This document shows positions 19,037-28,205 of a stretch of DNA of 64,000 nucleotides, piece after piece. The notes below the pieces were generated by a model. That model ran no database searches and was not told where the DNA came from. It saw only the letters and a program-made list of their open reading frames with translations. The stretch lies in IMG/VR virus record IMGVR_UViG_3300021255_001361, positions 776 through 64,775 of that record. One strand, written 5' to 3'. This DNA is from a virus. Taxonomy: Duplodnaviria; Caudoviricetes. A program made the translations under genes and the position numbers. The first letter of the stretch is position 1; the number at the start of each line of letters is the position of its first letter.

Positions 19037-19315
19037 TTAAATCATCCCCCCTTCCACTTCCTATAAGTACCTTTGGTTCTAAATTTCCACCTCCACAACA
19101 GTTAAGTGTTGGGGCTAAACCTTTATTGGAATATACAACATTACTTTGATGTGTACCTGTACCGCCATCTATATAACCTAAAATAAGAGCGTTATCACTT
19201 CTGGCTAACAAAGTACGACATAATTTACCAGTACCATCAAATATTCCATCTTGAAATTTATCAGATTTACCATAGTATATACTTCCCACAAATATGCACT
19301 CTCTCTCTCTGCCAT
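19026..19315 (-). CDS. TRD-like module, out of frame with its ATG at the (AG)6 tract
   Basis: AGAGGA RBS and ATG at 19315, then (AG)6 at 19299-19310; downstream frame RTLLAR..HQSNVVYSNKGLAPTL..EPKVLI. Confidence 0.65.
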
Positions 19316-19317
19316 AT

Positions 19318-19470
19318 TTACTGTTCCTCTAATATATAACTATCTGCGTAACCATGTCCTCCAGCTAATAAAGTTTTAGACACACCATCTACACTTATCA
19401 CTTCGGAAGATTGACTACTTGATAGTCTACCATAACTTATAACGACTGATGTGCTTATTTCATCTGACAT
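19318..19470 (-). CDS. TRD-like module (50 aa, MSDEIST...SKTLLAGGHGYADSYILEEQ)
   Basis: Hand-translated; GGAG RBS 7 nt upstream; overlaps the previous module. Confidence 0.6.
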   Translation of the reverse strand: MSDEISTSVVISYGRLSSSQSSEVISVDGVSKTLLAGGHGYADSYILEEQ

Positions 19471-19603
19471 TCTAAAACTCCATTTATTGTATCATACCCT
19501 GTTCCAGGACCTTTATAATCCCTTGCACATAAAGTTTTGGTTGTTTCTTTATTTACATTGTCAATGAACTTTAGATTAAATTGAATAGGTACTCTCTCTC
19601 TCT
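19455..19603 (-). CDS. TRD-like module without its own start (RERVPIQF...TLCARDYKGPGT...GVLECQMK)
   Basis: Hand-translated; TLxARDYKG motif typical of phage C5 MTase variable regions; begins at (AG)6 19592-19603. Confidence 0.6.
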
Positions 19604-19612
19604 GCCAATTTT

Positions 19613-19651
19613 CCCATCTGATTTAATGTCAGATGGGTTATTCAGTTTGGG
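19613..19651 (-). promoter_or_regulatory. Putative -1 programmed ribosomal frameshift cassette
   Basis: In-frame heptamer C_CCA_AAC (19651-19645), 7-nt spacer beginning with the TGA stop, 9-bp stem CCCATCTGA/TCAGATGGG. Confidence 0.65.
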
Positions 19652-20352
19652 AGTTGACCACTTACAATCAATTTATCTATAAGTTCCTGTGCTTTTTCGG
19701 AATTGATATAATACTTTTCATCTACATCAGTTTCCAACACATCTTTAAGTCTTTTATCTAACACCTTTGGTTTTGGAAACTCAAACACTTTATTCTCTGA
19801 TCTTAAAATACTAACCATGAAACATCTTTCTCTGTTCTGTGGTACTCCATAATCTTTTGCGTTAAGTAATTTATACTGATTATTATAACCTAACTTTGTA
19901 AGAAATGAAGTCCATTCTGAAAACAATTTAAGATTATCATTACTGATTACCTGTGGCACGTTCTCCATCAGTAAATACTGTGGGAGTTCTTTACATTCAG
20001 TAAGTATTCTCTCAACTTCCCACAACAAACTTGATGAAGTACCACTCTCTCTCTGCATGCCCTTACGTTTTCCGGCCACCGATAAATCGGTACAAGGAAA
20101 CGAATATGTCATAAGGTATTTGTAATTCTGGGTGTCTGTAATATTTATATCGTCTGCGTGAACATTCTTCACATCTGATACTTCAAAGTTAGTTCCATGA
20201 ATTTCATTGTATGACTGCATGGCATACTTATCAAATTCACATACAAACCAATGTTCCATAGGTACACCCAAGTATTTTAAAGCTAATGCCTGTGATCCAT
20301 ACCCGGCAAATAACTCTATAAGTCTTATAGGATTTTTAAACTTATAACTCAT
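19642..20352 (-). CDS. dcm: C5 cytosine methyltransferase catalytic core (motifs I-VIII)
   Basis: LIELFAGYG (I), FPCTDLS (IV), LLMENV (VI), GVPQNRERCF (VIII); motifs IX-X absent. Confidence 0.9.
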   Translation of the reverse strand: MSYKFKNPIRLIELFAGYGSQALALKYLGVPMEHWFVCEFDKYAMQSYNEIHGTNFEVSDVKNVHADDINITDTQNYKYLMTYSFPCTDLSVAGKRKGMQRESGTSSSLLWEVERILTECKELPQYLLMENVPQVISNDNLKLFSEWTSFLTKLGYNNQYKLLNAKDYGVPQNRERCFMVSILRSENKVFEFPKPKVLDKRLKDVLETDVDEKYYINSEKAQELIDKLIVSGQLPN

Positions 20353-21356
20353 TCTATTACCACCTTTTCACCATACCACGCTTTTGTTATCTCAACATCA
20401 CAGCCTATCGGCATTTCAAGTATCTTTTCAGCCGCCTTACTCATTGTTTCTGCTAATAACTTTGCACACTCTTTAACATTCTCCTCTGGACATTCTGCTA
20501 TGACTTCATCATGTACAGGGATAAGAAGTCTGAAACCTAATTCTTTAAGTCTCTGATTATTATTAAGTTCTATCATAGCAAGTTTAGTTAAATCTGCTGC
20601 CGATCCTTGAATCCGGGCGTTTACACATTGTCTTGAAGCATCTGCTATCTTTGCCCCATTATCTACTATCCATATACCTTCTTCATTTGCCTTTTCAAAG
20701 ATTTTCTTCTTCTCACCAAACTTACATTTATGTAATTGAGTAAGATATTTTCTGATAGTTCTTTCTGGTATTTCTTGCTCTACCTCATCATCAAAGTCTA
20801 ACACATCATTATCAGGTGCAACTCCATTCTTCCACTTAAACTCATACTCTTCAAGCTGTAAATCTGGAAGTCTGCGCTTTCTACCGCATACAGTTGTTAC
20901 ATATCCTGTTTCGTATGCCATATCAAGACTTTCATCTTCAAATTTCTTTATAGCTGGAAAACCTTTAAACACACTATCTTTGATTGCCTGTGCTTTCTCT
21001 GGTGTGCATTTAAGCTGTTCAGCTATGCTATTTACTCCTCTGCCATACAGCACACCTAACAGAATACTCTTCGCTTGTGTTCTTCTTTCTTTACCAGCTT
21101 TGTTTGTAGAACCGTCTGGGTTAAACTCTCGACACTCTTCATAAGGTTTATTGAAGGCTTTACTTGCAATCTCTGAATACAAGTCTTTACCTTGCATAAA
21201 TGTATTATACATCTGACTATCACCGTCTTTTCTACAAAGTGCCGCTAAAGAACGGGGTTCTTGTTGTGAATAGTCACTTGACATAAGAACATACCCTGGA
21301 CTTGCTATAAACATCTTTCGTATATCTTTATTGTGTGATGGAATGTTCTGTAAATT
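20349..21356 (-). CDS. polA: Family A DNA polymerase, exon 2 (polymerase motifs A, B, C)
   Basis: NLQNIP, SSDYSQQEPR, RTQAKSILLGVLYG, VHDEV. Confidence 0.93.
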   Translation of the reverse strand, partial: NLQNIPSHNKDIRKMFIASPGYVLMSSDYSQQEPRSLAALCRKDGDSQMYNTFMQGKDLYSEIASKAFNKPYEECREFNPDGSTNKAGKERRTQAKSILLGVLYGRGVNSIAEQLKCTPEKAQAIKDSVFKGFPAIKKFEDESLDMAYETGYVTTVCGRKRRLPDLQLEEYEFKWKNGVAPDNDVLDFDDEVEQEIPERTIRKYLTQLHKCKFGEKKKIFEKANEEGIWIVDNGAKIADASRQCVNARIQGSAADLTKLAMIELNNNQRLKELGFRLLIPVHDEVIAECPEENVKECAKLLAETMSKAAEKILEMPIGCDVEITKAWYGEKVVIE

Positions 21357-22102
21357 CAAATTGTTATCTTACAGGCTCTTTATCCTGTAATTCTAACACT
21401 TGTTGTTCGTGTTAGTTCAGACTATATCTCAAACTTTATCATAACTTTCAAAACGCCCATTAATTTTGTTTCTTCTGCGCTCTAAATCAACTTTGTGTTG
21501 TACTTTTTGATGATCTATTCGGTTAGTTAATTCCAAGTTTTCAAGTCTATTATCCAACTTATCTCCATTTATATGATGTACAATCTCATTAGGTTTTAGA
21601 GGTCTACCTAAATGGTTTTCCATTACTCGTCTGTGTAAAGCGTATCTCTCATTTACAGTTGATACATATACATATCCATCATATATGTATGTTCTATCTA
21701 ATCTGCCATTACCTCTACGCTTTAAACCCAATTTACAGGCTTTATGTAGAATTGCAGATTGACTTTTATTAAGATAGTTTGCACATTTTTTAACACCTAA
21801 TACTGAATAATTCTCAACTAACCATTTTACATCATCTTGTGTCCACCATTTATACATAAATATCACCTCGCTTTCACAAGGAATATTTTATCATAACTTG
21901 GTATGTTTTGTAAAGTTATATTATAAAGTCAACGGGCACTCGTGTTCCTTTTATTATTTGTGCTATTCAAGGATTAGTCGTTGCACCTTTTACCTACTTT
22001 TATGCACTTCGGTAACTTGGCACAGGATCAGCATTTCAGCTTTCCCTGTTTTCACCCGTTTACGCATTTAGTAACTCACGCTACTAACGCCCAATTTACT
22101 TT
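21357..22102 (-). mobile_element. Group I intron (746 nt) in polA
   Basis: 5' exon ends in U, intron ends in G; R CAACGACUA and S GAGAUAUAGUC give P7 (21975-79/21420-24); P9 hairpin 21369-21390; splicing restores SSQDP|NLQNIP in frame. Confidence 0.9.
21429..21857 (-). CDS. Intron-encoded HNH homing endonuclease
   Basis: LHRRVMENHLGRPLKPNEIVHHINGDKLDNRLENL; lies between R and S (P8 loop). Confidence 0.9.
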   Translation of the reverse strand: MYKWWTQDDVKWLVENYSVLGVKKCANYLNKSQSAILHKACKLGLKRRGNGRLDRTYIYDGYVYVSTVNERYALHRRVMENHLGRPLKPNEIVHHINGDKLDNRLENLELTNRIDHQKVQHKVDLERRRNKINGRFESYDKV

Positions 22103-23389
22103 AGGGTCTTGGCTTGACATTCTTCCTGTTACTGCACCATACTGTCTAAAATTACAATGTATTCTTCCGTCATTAGGATTTACACAGCTTGGTAGTTTAT
22201 CAATATAGGTGCTTATCAGCTTCTCAATTTCTCTGTAATCTATAAGTGCTTTGGACAACGGTGTATCCCACTTTAACAGTATATCTCCACCTGTTCCTCT
22301 TGGTGCTTTCTTATCAACTACTTCATATCCAAGAATATCATAAAACAGAATTGCAAGCTGTGTCGGACTTGCTATATTGATAGGATTATCAAGTTTACAG
22401 TCTGTATGCTTCAATCTGTAGCTTTCAATCTTGTCATTAAACTCACTCAAACGCTCATAGAACGCATTTAATTTATCTTTTAATATATTATTATATCTTT
22501 CAGATAAAACTTGATTATAAGTCAAATCAAGAAGTATTCCATTATCTTCCATATCAGCTACTACTGATATACAAGGCATTTCTATATTCTTAAATACCCA
22601 ATACAGATTTCGCATATCTTCTCTATCGCTGTCTGATCGTAAATACTTTTTCTGGTACTCATAATACTCATAAGTAATTACAGGGTCATGTGCGGCATAA
22701 AGTACAGCAGTCTGTAATGGCACCATTGTAAATGGTATTCCCTTGAATAACTCTTCAAACGTAAACTCATCTTCTTTACCATTAAGTACATACTTCTGGT
22801 GGAGTTTTTTAAGTGCATTGTTTGGTTCATTTTCATTAAGCAATCTTGCGGCTAAATAACAATCCCAAGTGCAGTATATGTCTTTAAGTCCAACTCTGCT
22901 ACGCATAAATCTCATATCAAACTTGGCATTAAACATTACTATTTCTATCTTACTTTGTATTAATCGGTCAAAGTGCTGTTTAATTACATCTACTGATAAC
23001 TGATTTGGTATAGGCATATTAGTTATGTATGATACATGATTAATCGGTATGTATGCACCTTGTCTGTTTGGTGTATAGATACATATACCAGCTATTTCAT
23101 CCTGTAAAGGGTCAAGCCCTGTTGTTTCTGTATCTATACTAATTACACCATTTTTAATTGCACCATCAATATATTCAATTAAGTCATTTTCCTCTGTAAT
23201 GACTAAATAAGAATCTTTGAATTTACCAAGATGTAACTCTACCAACTTCTGCGCTTGGGTTATTCTATCAAGTAAGCTGTTCCCACCTCTTACAGTAGGA
23301 ACAGCTTTTCTTGTGGAATTAGACTGCTTTGCTAACTTCATATCGTTAGCCTTACTATTTGTTCTTGTAGGTAAATCAAATAGTGGCAT
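22103..23389 (-). CDS. polA: Family A DNA polymerase, exon 1 (3'-5' exonuclease and thumb)
   Basis: IDTETTGL (ExoI), FNAKFD (ExoII), YAAHD (ExoIII), AVTGRMSSQDP. Confidence 0.93.
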
Positions 23390-23403
23390 CTAATTTCCTC
23401 CCT

Positions 23404-24081
23404 TTAAAATTCATCTTCGTGATTTGCAGGTGTTCTTCTTCCTCTTCTTACCGGCATTTCTCTTTCTCTGCTTGGTCTTTCTTCTGATCTGGAAGAACGT
23501 CTTACAGGTGCTTCACCGTCTGGTGGGAAGTAACCCTCTTCAAGATAGAAACTCATATCCTCTGCTGTCTTATCTAAAATAATACTACCAAGGACCTCTG
23601 GAATTTCAAAATCCTCTAAAGTTGTACTATCGGCTGGATCATCTGTTCTGTAGATTTCGTATGTGGTACTTGTGTCCTTTGGTTTACCATGTCTTTCAAT
23701 TTCAAACACCTGTGAAACAATAGGTGCTTTACTATATCTGGCACAGATACCACTTATCTTACCATAGAACTTTTTACCTCTTTCCCAAAGCTGCACCTTA
23801 TCCTCATCAATGTTATAAACAGGAATGAACAACTTTGCAACCTGGAACTTCTTTGCCCTACAGAAAGGACAATCGTCTACCGGCTGGTTATACTCCCTAA
23901 TACAGTTGACGTATCTCTTCTTTCCGTCAACTTCAACTTCATGCACAGCATAGCCCTCAATATCGTCTGCTGTGTTATACAGGAACCTTACTGCTGCCAC
24001 ATCAAGGTCATTCTGTAATGAAAAGAACCCCGCTGATCCTTTTCCACCGTACTTGTCAATCGTTTCTCCAGTAAATCTCAT
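23404..24081 (-). CDS. ssb: Phage single-stranded DNA-binding protein (gp32-like)
   Basis: GFFSL, VRFL, H...C...CPFC, acidic C-terminus HEDEF; sits next to polA. Confidence 0.7.
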   Translation of the reverse strand: MRFTGETIDKYGGKGSAGFFSLQNDLDVAAVRFLYNTADDIEGYAVHEVEVDGKKRYVNCIREYNQPVDDCPFCRAKKFQVAKLFIPVYNIDEDKVQLWERGKKFYGKISGICARYSKAPIVSQVFEIERHGKPKDTSTTYEIYRTDDPADSTTLEDFEIPEVLGSIILDKTAEDMSFYLEEGYFPPDGEAPVRRSSRSEERPSREREMPVRRGRRTPANHEDEF

Positions 24082-24141
24082 ACTCGTTTTCTCCTTTTCT
24101 CTTTTTATCGTTTTTGTCTGTAGAACTTCTCTACATTGAAT

Positions 24142-24170
24142 ATTGTATAACACATTTATGTATATGTCAA
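24142..24170 (-). promoter_or_regulatory. Promoter TTGACA-17-TACAAT with ATAAATGTGT box
   Basis: Box at 24150-24159. Confidence 0.7.
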
Positions 24171-24191
24171 CAAATATTTATAAATTTTTTA

Positions 24192-25217
24192 TTAAAATAA
24201 TCTACCTATTCCCTTTTTCTGATCATTCATCTTTGAACAAAATTCCCTGTATTGTTTAGTATATTCGTAGCTATCTTTAAATACTGTATTAACCGCCTTA
24301 TATATCAAAGGTTCATGTTCTTTTGTAACTTGTAATTCATATGTTAAATTTTTACCACTAAACGGACACCCTATACAACCAGTCCTATATAACCCATATT
24401 CTGTATAGCATTTACTGTGGTGTACCCCAAATGTCTGTTCATACCATCTTCTATCTTCCATTGAAAACCAGAATAAAGGTCTATACTGATCTTCTTTATC
24501 AGCATACTGCGAATAGCAGTTAGAATATATATTTGCTCTTATACCACCCTCATTTCTGCGCACACCATTAACAGATAAATCTATATTATGTAATTTACTG
24601 TATTTGGCAACTACTTTTTTCTTTGAGTACACACAGCATTTTGATGATACTTTAAAAGTTGGTGGGTGCGCAATTAAAAACTCTTTCAACCATTTATTAT
24701 ACTCAATATTAAACCGGTGGAATTTAAGGTCTTTACTTGTATCATTACACATATTACACCACCACTTTAATGCAAGTTCACAATCTGGATATTCTTCTTT
24801 AAGCTGATCAAAAGATTTATCTTCAAACTTAAACCCATGCTGCTGCAAACGTGATAACATATCAGACACCCTTTTAGACAAAAACGGTTGACCAAACTCT
24901 TTACAACAAAGTGGTATAGGCTTAATCGCTCTCTCTCTAGCAATTTTGATTTTATACTTATCTTCAAGGTAATCTAAATGATCTTTAGTCGCTTGGTACT
25001 CTAACCCTGTATTACACCAAACATAATTTACTTTCTCATCAATATCTACCTTGTGTATTAAATCTAACATAACATCACTATCAGCACCACCAGATACTGC
25101 ACACATAATATTCTTATATTTTGGATCATTTATTACACTATCAGCCTTTGTAAAAGCATCAAACACAGTAAAGTTTCCCCTACATCTTGCTAAAACATTG
25201 TCAAGATATTTACTCAT
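24192..25217 (-). CDS. PAPS reductase-family (PP-loop) protein
   Basis: AVSGGADSD, NTGLEY, GVRRNEG, RTGCIGCPF. Confidence 0.85.
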   Translation of the reverse strand: MSKYLDNVLARCRGNFTVFDAFTKADSVINDPKYKNIMCAVSGGADSDVMLDLIHKVDIDEKVNYVWCNTGLEYQATKDHLDYLEDKYKIKIARERAIKPIPLCCKEFGQPFLSKRVSDMLSRLQQHGFKFEDKSFDQLKEEYPDCELALKWWCNMCNDTSKDLKFHRFNIEYNKWLKEFLIAHPPTFKVSSKCCVYSKKKVVAKYSKLHNIDLSVNGVRRNEGGIRANIYSNCYSQYADKEDQYRPLFWFSMEDRRWYEQTFGVHHSKCYTEYGLYRTGCIGCPFSGKNLTYELQVTKEHEPLIYKAVNTVFKDSYEYTKQYREFCSKMNDQKKGIGRLF

Positions 25218-26520
25218 TTATCTTACCCTCCAGTGCTTCTACTAAATCTAAATCATCAAACCACAATGCTCTTACTTGTTTCTTATCGTCTTTTCTTTCA
25301 TTTATTGTACTTCCGCCTAACAGATAGTCTATATGGTCTACAAGATTAGGTTTGAGATTTAATACATATTCATTAGGATAATAATTCTCCATGTATATTC
25401 TGAATATTGTATCATCATATTTATTCTTGTTTACCCACATTCTATACTGTGGGTCGTGCCATACCCATTGATTAAACCACTCAACATAGTTTGCTATTAT
25501 CTTTGTTGGTATGTAAATACAAGGAAATGAATACCACATTTTCAGACCATTTGAATCACCGGGTTCCCATTTCTTTTCTCTGTCATAGTAAGAAGCAAAA
25601 CCACAAACTGTATAGTCACTACTCAATTCTTTTGTTCTTTTGGCAAAGTCTTTACAGATTATTACATCATCTTGTAAATGCCATATTCCGTCTACGCTCA
25701 TCTTTGATGCTTGTGTAAAACTATCTATGGAACTCTTTAAGCAACCACGTTTCTGCCTGTCAACATATACTATGATATTCTCATTTTTTATTCCCTGTTC
25801 TAACATAGATGGTATCAGATAATCATTAACATACCATTCTCTCTGTAAACAGGTGTGTATCATGTATAATGGCTTTATTGTCTTTACAAAAGGTTCTATC
25901 TTCTCTACATCTTTTGGCTCATCTATATCGCAAGTATAATCATTTATAGCGGTATAGTTTGTATAATCTATCTTATTTATCTCGGTATCTTTTATTACTT
26001 GCCATAACTCCCACGCTATAGGGTCTCTTTTAAACTGTTTCTGCTTATCCAGTTCTTTTGCTTTTGCTAAACACTCTTTAAATCTTTCCATGTTAGCTAC
26101 TTTATATGCAAAAGGTTCTGCATAAGGTTTACTATAATTCTTTGCAAAAGGTGGTGCAGATGCAAAAAACTCTATATCATCAGTTTCAGTTTCCACTATC
26201 TTCTGGATTGCTTCTTCTGAAAACACTACGTCACCAAAGATATAACAGGCTGACTTTACTTTCATATAGAACGCATCAAGCCATGAACCTGCTGTTGACA
26301 CACCTGGTCGTGCTACTGTCCACGGATTATCATGCTTTAATACAGGAACACCAAGTCCTTCAAATCTACTGTCATTACTACTGATTGCTATATCTTCTAC
26401 TCCTGCTTCTCTTAACAGTCTTATTGTTCTGATTACTATTGGTTCATTATTTATCTTTGTCAGTTGTCTTGGTTCTTTCCATATCTGATATGTTCCACCA
26501 CACATTATAATATATTTCAT
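25210..26520 (-). CDS. Two-domain protein: nucleotidyltransferase-like N-terminus and glycosyltransferase-like C-terminus
   Basis: MKYIIMCGG...PRQLTKINNEPIVIRTI, FGDV, CDID; second domain WHLQDDVII...PNLVDH. Confidence 0.65.
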   Translation of the reverse strand: MKYIIMCGGTYQIWKEPRQLTKINNEPIVIRTIRLLREAGVEDIAISSNDSRFEGLGVPVLKHDNPWTVARPGVSTAGSWLDAFYMKVKSACYIFGDVVFSEEAIQKIVETETDDIEFFASAPPFAKNYSKPYAEPFAYKVANMERFKECLAKAKELDKQKQFKRDPIAWELWQVIKDTEINKIDYTNYTAINDYTCDIDEPKDVEKIEPFVKTIKPLYMIHTCLQREWYVNDYLIPSMLEQGIKNENIIVYVDRQKRGCLKSSIDSFTQASKMSVDGIWHLQDDVIICKDFAKRTKELSSDYTVCGFASYYDREKKWEPGDSNGLKMWYSFPCIYIPTKIIANYVEWFNQWVWHDPQYRMWVNKNKYDDTIFRIYMENYYPNEYVLNLKPNLVDHIDYLLGGSTINERKDDKKQVRALWFDDLDLVEALEGKINE

Positions 26521-26723
26521 TCTTCTTCCTCTCCGTTGTAGTCACTGTTATGCGAACAATTAGCACAGTATTGGTCGTCATATGCCCACTCCGCATATTC
26601 TTTCAATGCCTGTATGTTTTCGGGCTTCTTATTTTCAATCGGACAGGCGTACCACATATCTGAATGTGGACAAATGCACCCATAATCTTCATCTTTAAAT
26701 CCACATTTATTACACTCTTTCAT
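26517..26723 (-). CDS. Cys-rich hypothetical protein
   Basis: CNKC...CICP...CPI...CANC. Confidence 0.6.
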   Translation of the reverse strand: MKECNKCGFKDEDYGCICPHSDMWYACPIENKKPENIQALKEYAEWAYDDQYCANCSHNSDYNGEEEE

Positions 26724-27181
26724 TCCTTATCCTCACTTTCTCCCATCTTTGCACCACAGTTAGGGCAATAATTGAAAGTTTCTTCTCCATGACCGCCACA
26801 CTTAGAACACTCATATCTGCACCAAAATGGTAATACTTGCCCTTTGTACTTGGTCTTTTCAAGATTTATCCAATGCCCTATCTTCGGGTGTGGTGTGACG
26901 GATGGTAGCCTTTTTAACATTTTTACAGTATCTTTCCAATCTCTTTCAGCTGTTATTTCAGCATCGCTATCTGTCCAAACCATAGGACATTCTCCTAAAG
27001 AATTAATTGCCGCCTGCCTGCTGATGCAATCCTCACAAGGTTTCTGCTCTAATACTTTGATTGCAACATCAAACGCTTCAACTCGCTTCATAACCTCATC
27101 ATAATGATTGTCTGTATCTCCATATCTGACTTCATTATCACTTGCATCTCTTAATTCATTGATTGCTTCTTCGTTTGTCAT
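26720..27181 (-). CDS. Hypothetical phage protein with C-terminal zinc ribbon
   Basis: ISRQAAI...GHWI...CSKC...YCPNCGAKM. Confidence 0.75.
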   Translation of the reverse strand: MTNEEAINELRDASDNEVRYGDTDNHYDEVMKRVEAFDVAIKVLEQKPCEDCISRQAAINSLGECPMVWTDSDAEITAERDWKDTVKMLKRLPSVTPHPKIGHWINLEKTKYKGQVLPFWCRYECSKCGGHGEETFNYCPNCGAKMGESEDKE

Positions 27182-27182
27182 A

Positions 27183-28205
27183 CTACCACACCTCCCATTC
27201 ATGTATATTCTTTATTTCTTCTGGTGTACATTCTCCTATATCTTTTCTGTTTGTAGGGAACATTATCTCTGTTATCAGCTTGTTTGTAATATTCTTTCTG
27301 ATACGTTCTCTTGCGTTCTGCCCTGCTGTATCATTGTCTGTTGCAAGTATCAGTTTTCTTGTAGGTAACTCCCTCAACTGCTTAAACTGTAATTCATTAC
27401 CAAGCCCGTTAAGTGCAGTTGCATAGAAACCAGCTTGCCATAGTAAGATACAATCTATCATACTTTCTGTAATGAATAACTCTGTAGGTATATGCTCTTT
27501 TCTTGAATCAACAACATAACCCCATTTTCTCAACTTTAACTCATACAATCCATACAAAGGCTTTTCTGCTCCTGCTGGATAGTTGAACCACTTGGTCTTA
27601 ACATTTCTTCTTGCAACGAACAGACAATTACCATTAATGTCTCTGACTGGAAATGTTATACAGTCTGTCTTTACATCATAGCCTAAATCGAACAGTTCTA
27701 TTATATCTTCATCTGTTATGCCACGCTTCTTCCAATACTGATGATAATATCTGTAGCTGTCTAATTCTTCCTCACTTACCCGATTAAGTTTATTATCACT
27801 ACTATTCCCCAATACACTATTCTTATGGGTAGTGTGACTACGTTCCATATCAATCTCAACATCTTTTCTGTCCTCCACCTGTACGGTTGCAAAGTTCTTC
27901 ATTATCCATTTGAAGCCTTGCTTACCTAATATATCTTCCGTATGTCCTAAACAATAGCTTATCATTTCTGGCAGTGTGTGGGTTGCTCCGCACGCAAAAC
28001 AATGCAGTACACCATCACTCTTTCTTATACCAGCACTCGGTTTTCTTTCTTGCCCGTTACCATGATATGGGCACTGTACCATTATGTTATCACCACTATC
28101 TTTCATCTTCTGTAATAATGGCACTTGGTTTATTATAAGCTGTTTCTGCAACTCGTCTAATATATCCTCACAGCTTGTATTGATCATTATATCATTAATT
28201 ATCAT
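27183..28205 (-). CDS. dnaG: DnaG-type primase (CHC2 zinc finger plus TOPRIM)
   Basis: CPYH...HCFACG; ITESMIDC; ATDNDTAG. Confidence 0.9.
   Translation of the reverse strand: MIINDIMINTSCEDILDELQKQLIINQVPLLQKMKDSGDNIMVQCPYHGNGQERKPSAGIRKSDGVLHCFACGATHTLPEMISYCLGHTEDILGKQGFKWIMKNFATVQVEDRKDVEIDMERSHTTHKNSVLGNSSDNKLNRVSEEELDSYRYYHQYWKKRGITDEDIIELFDLGYDVKTDCITFPVRDINGNCLFVARRNVKTKWFNYPAGAEKPLYGLYELKLRKWGYVVDSRKEHIPTELFITESMIDCILLWQAGFYATALNGLGNELQFKQLRELPTRKLILATDNDTAGQNARERIRKNITNKLITEIMFPTNRKDIGECTPEEIKNIHEWEVW

Noticed and set aside
18306-20352. Stop-codon reassignment explaining the fragmented methyltransferase
   Set aside because: Breaks involve TGA, TAA and TAG plus frame changes; long genes are intact in code 11; the tRNA is Gln(TTG), not a suppressor.
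20349-21359. Independent polymerase gene starting at TTG 21359
   Set aside because: The TTG is the intron 3' end; the reading frame is exon 2 of polA.
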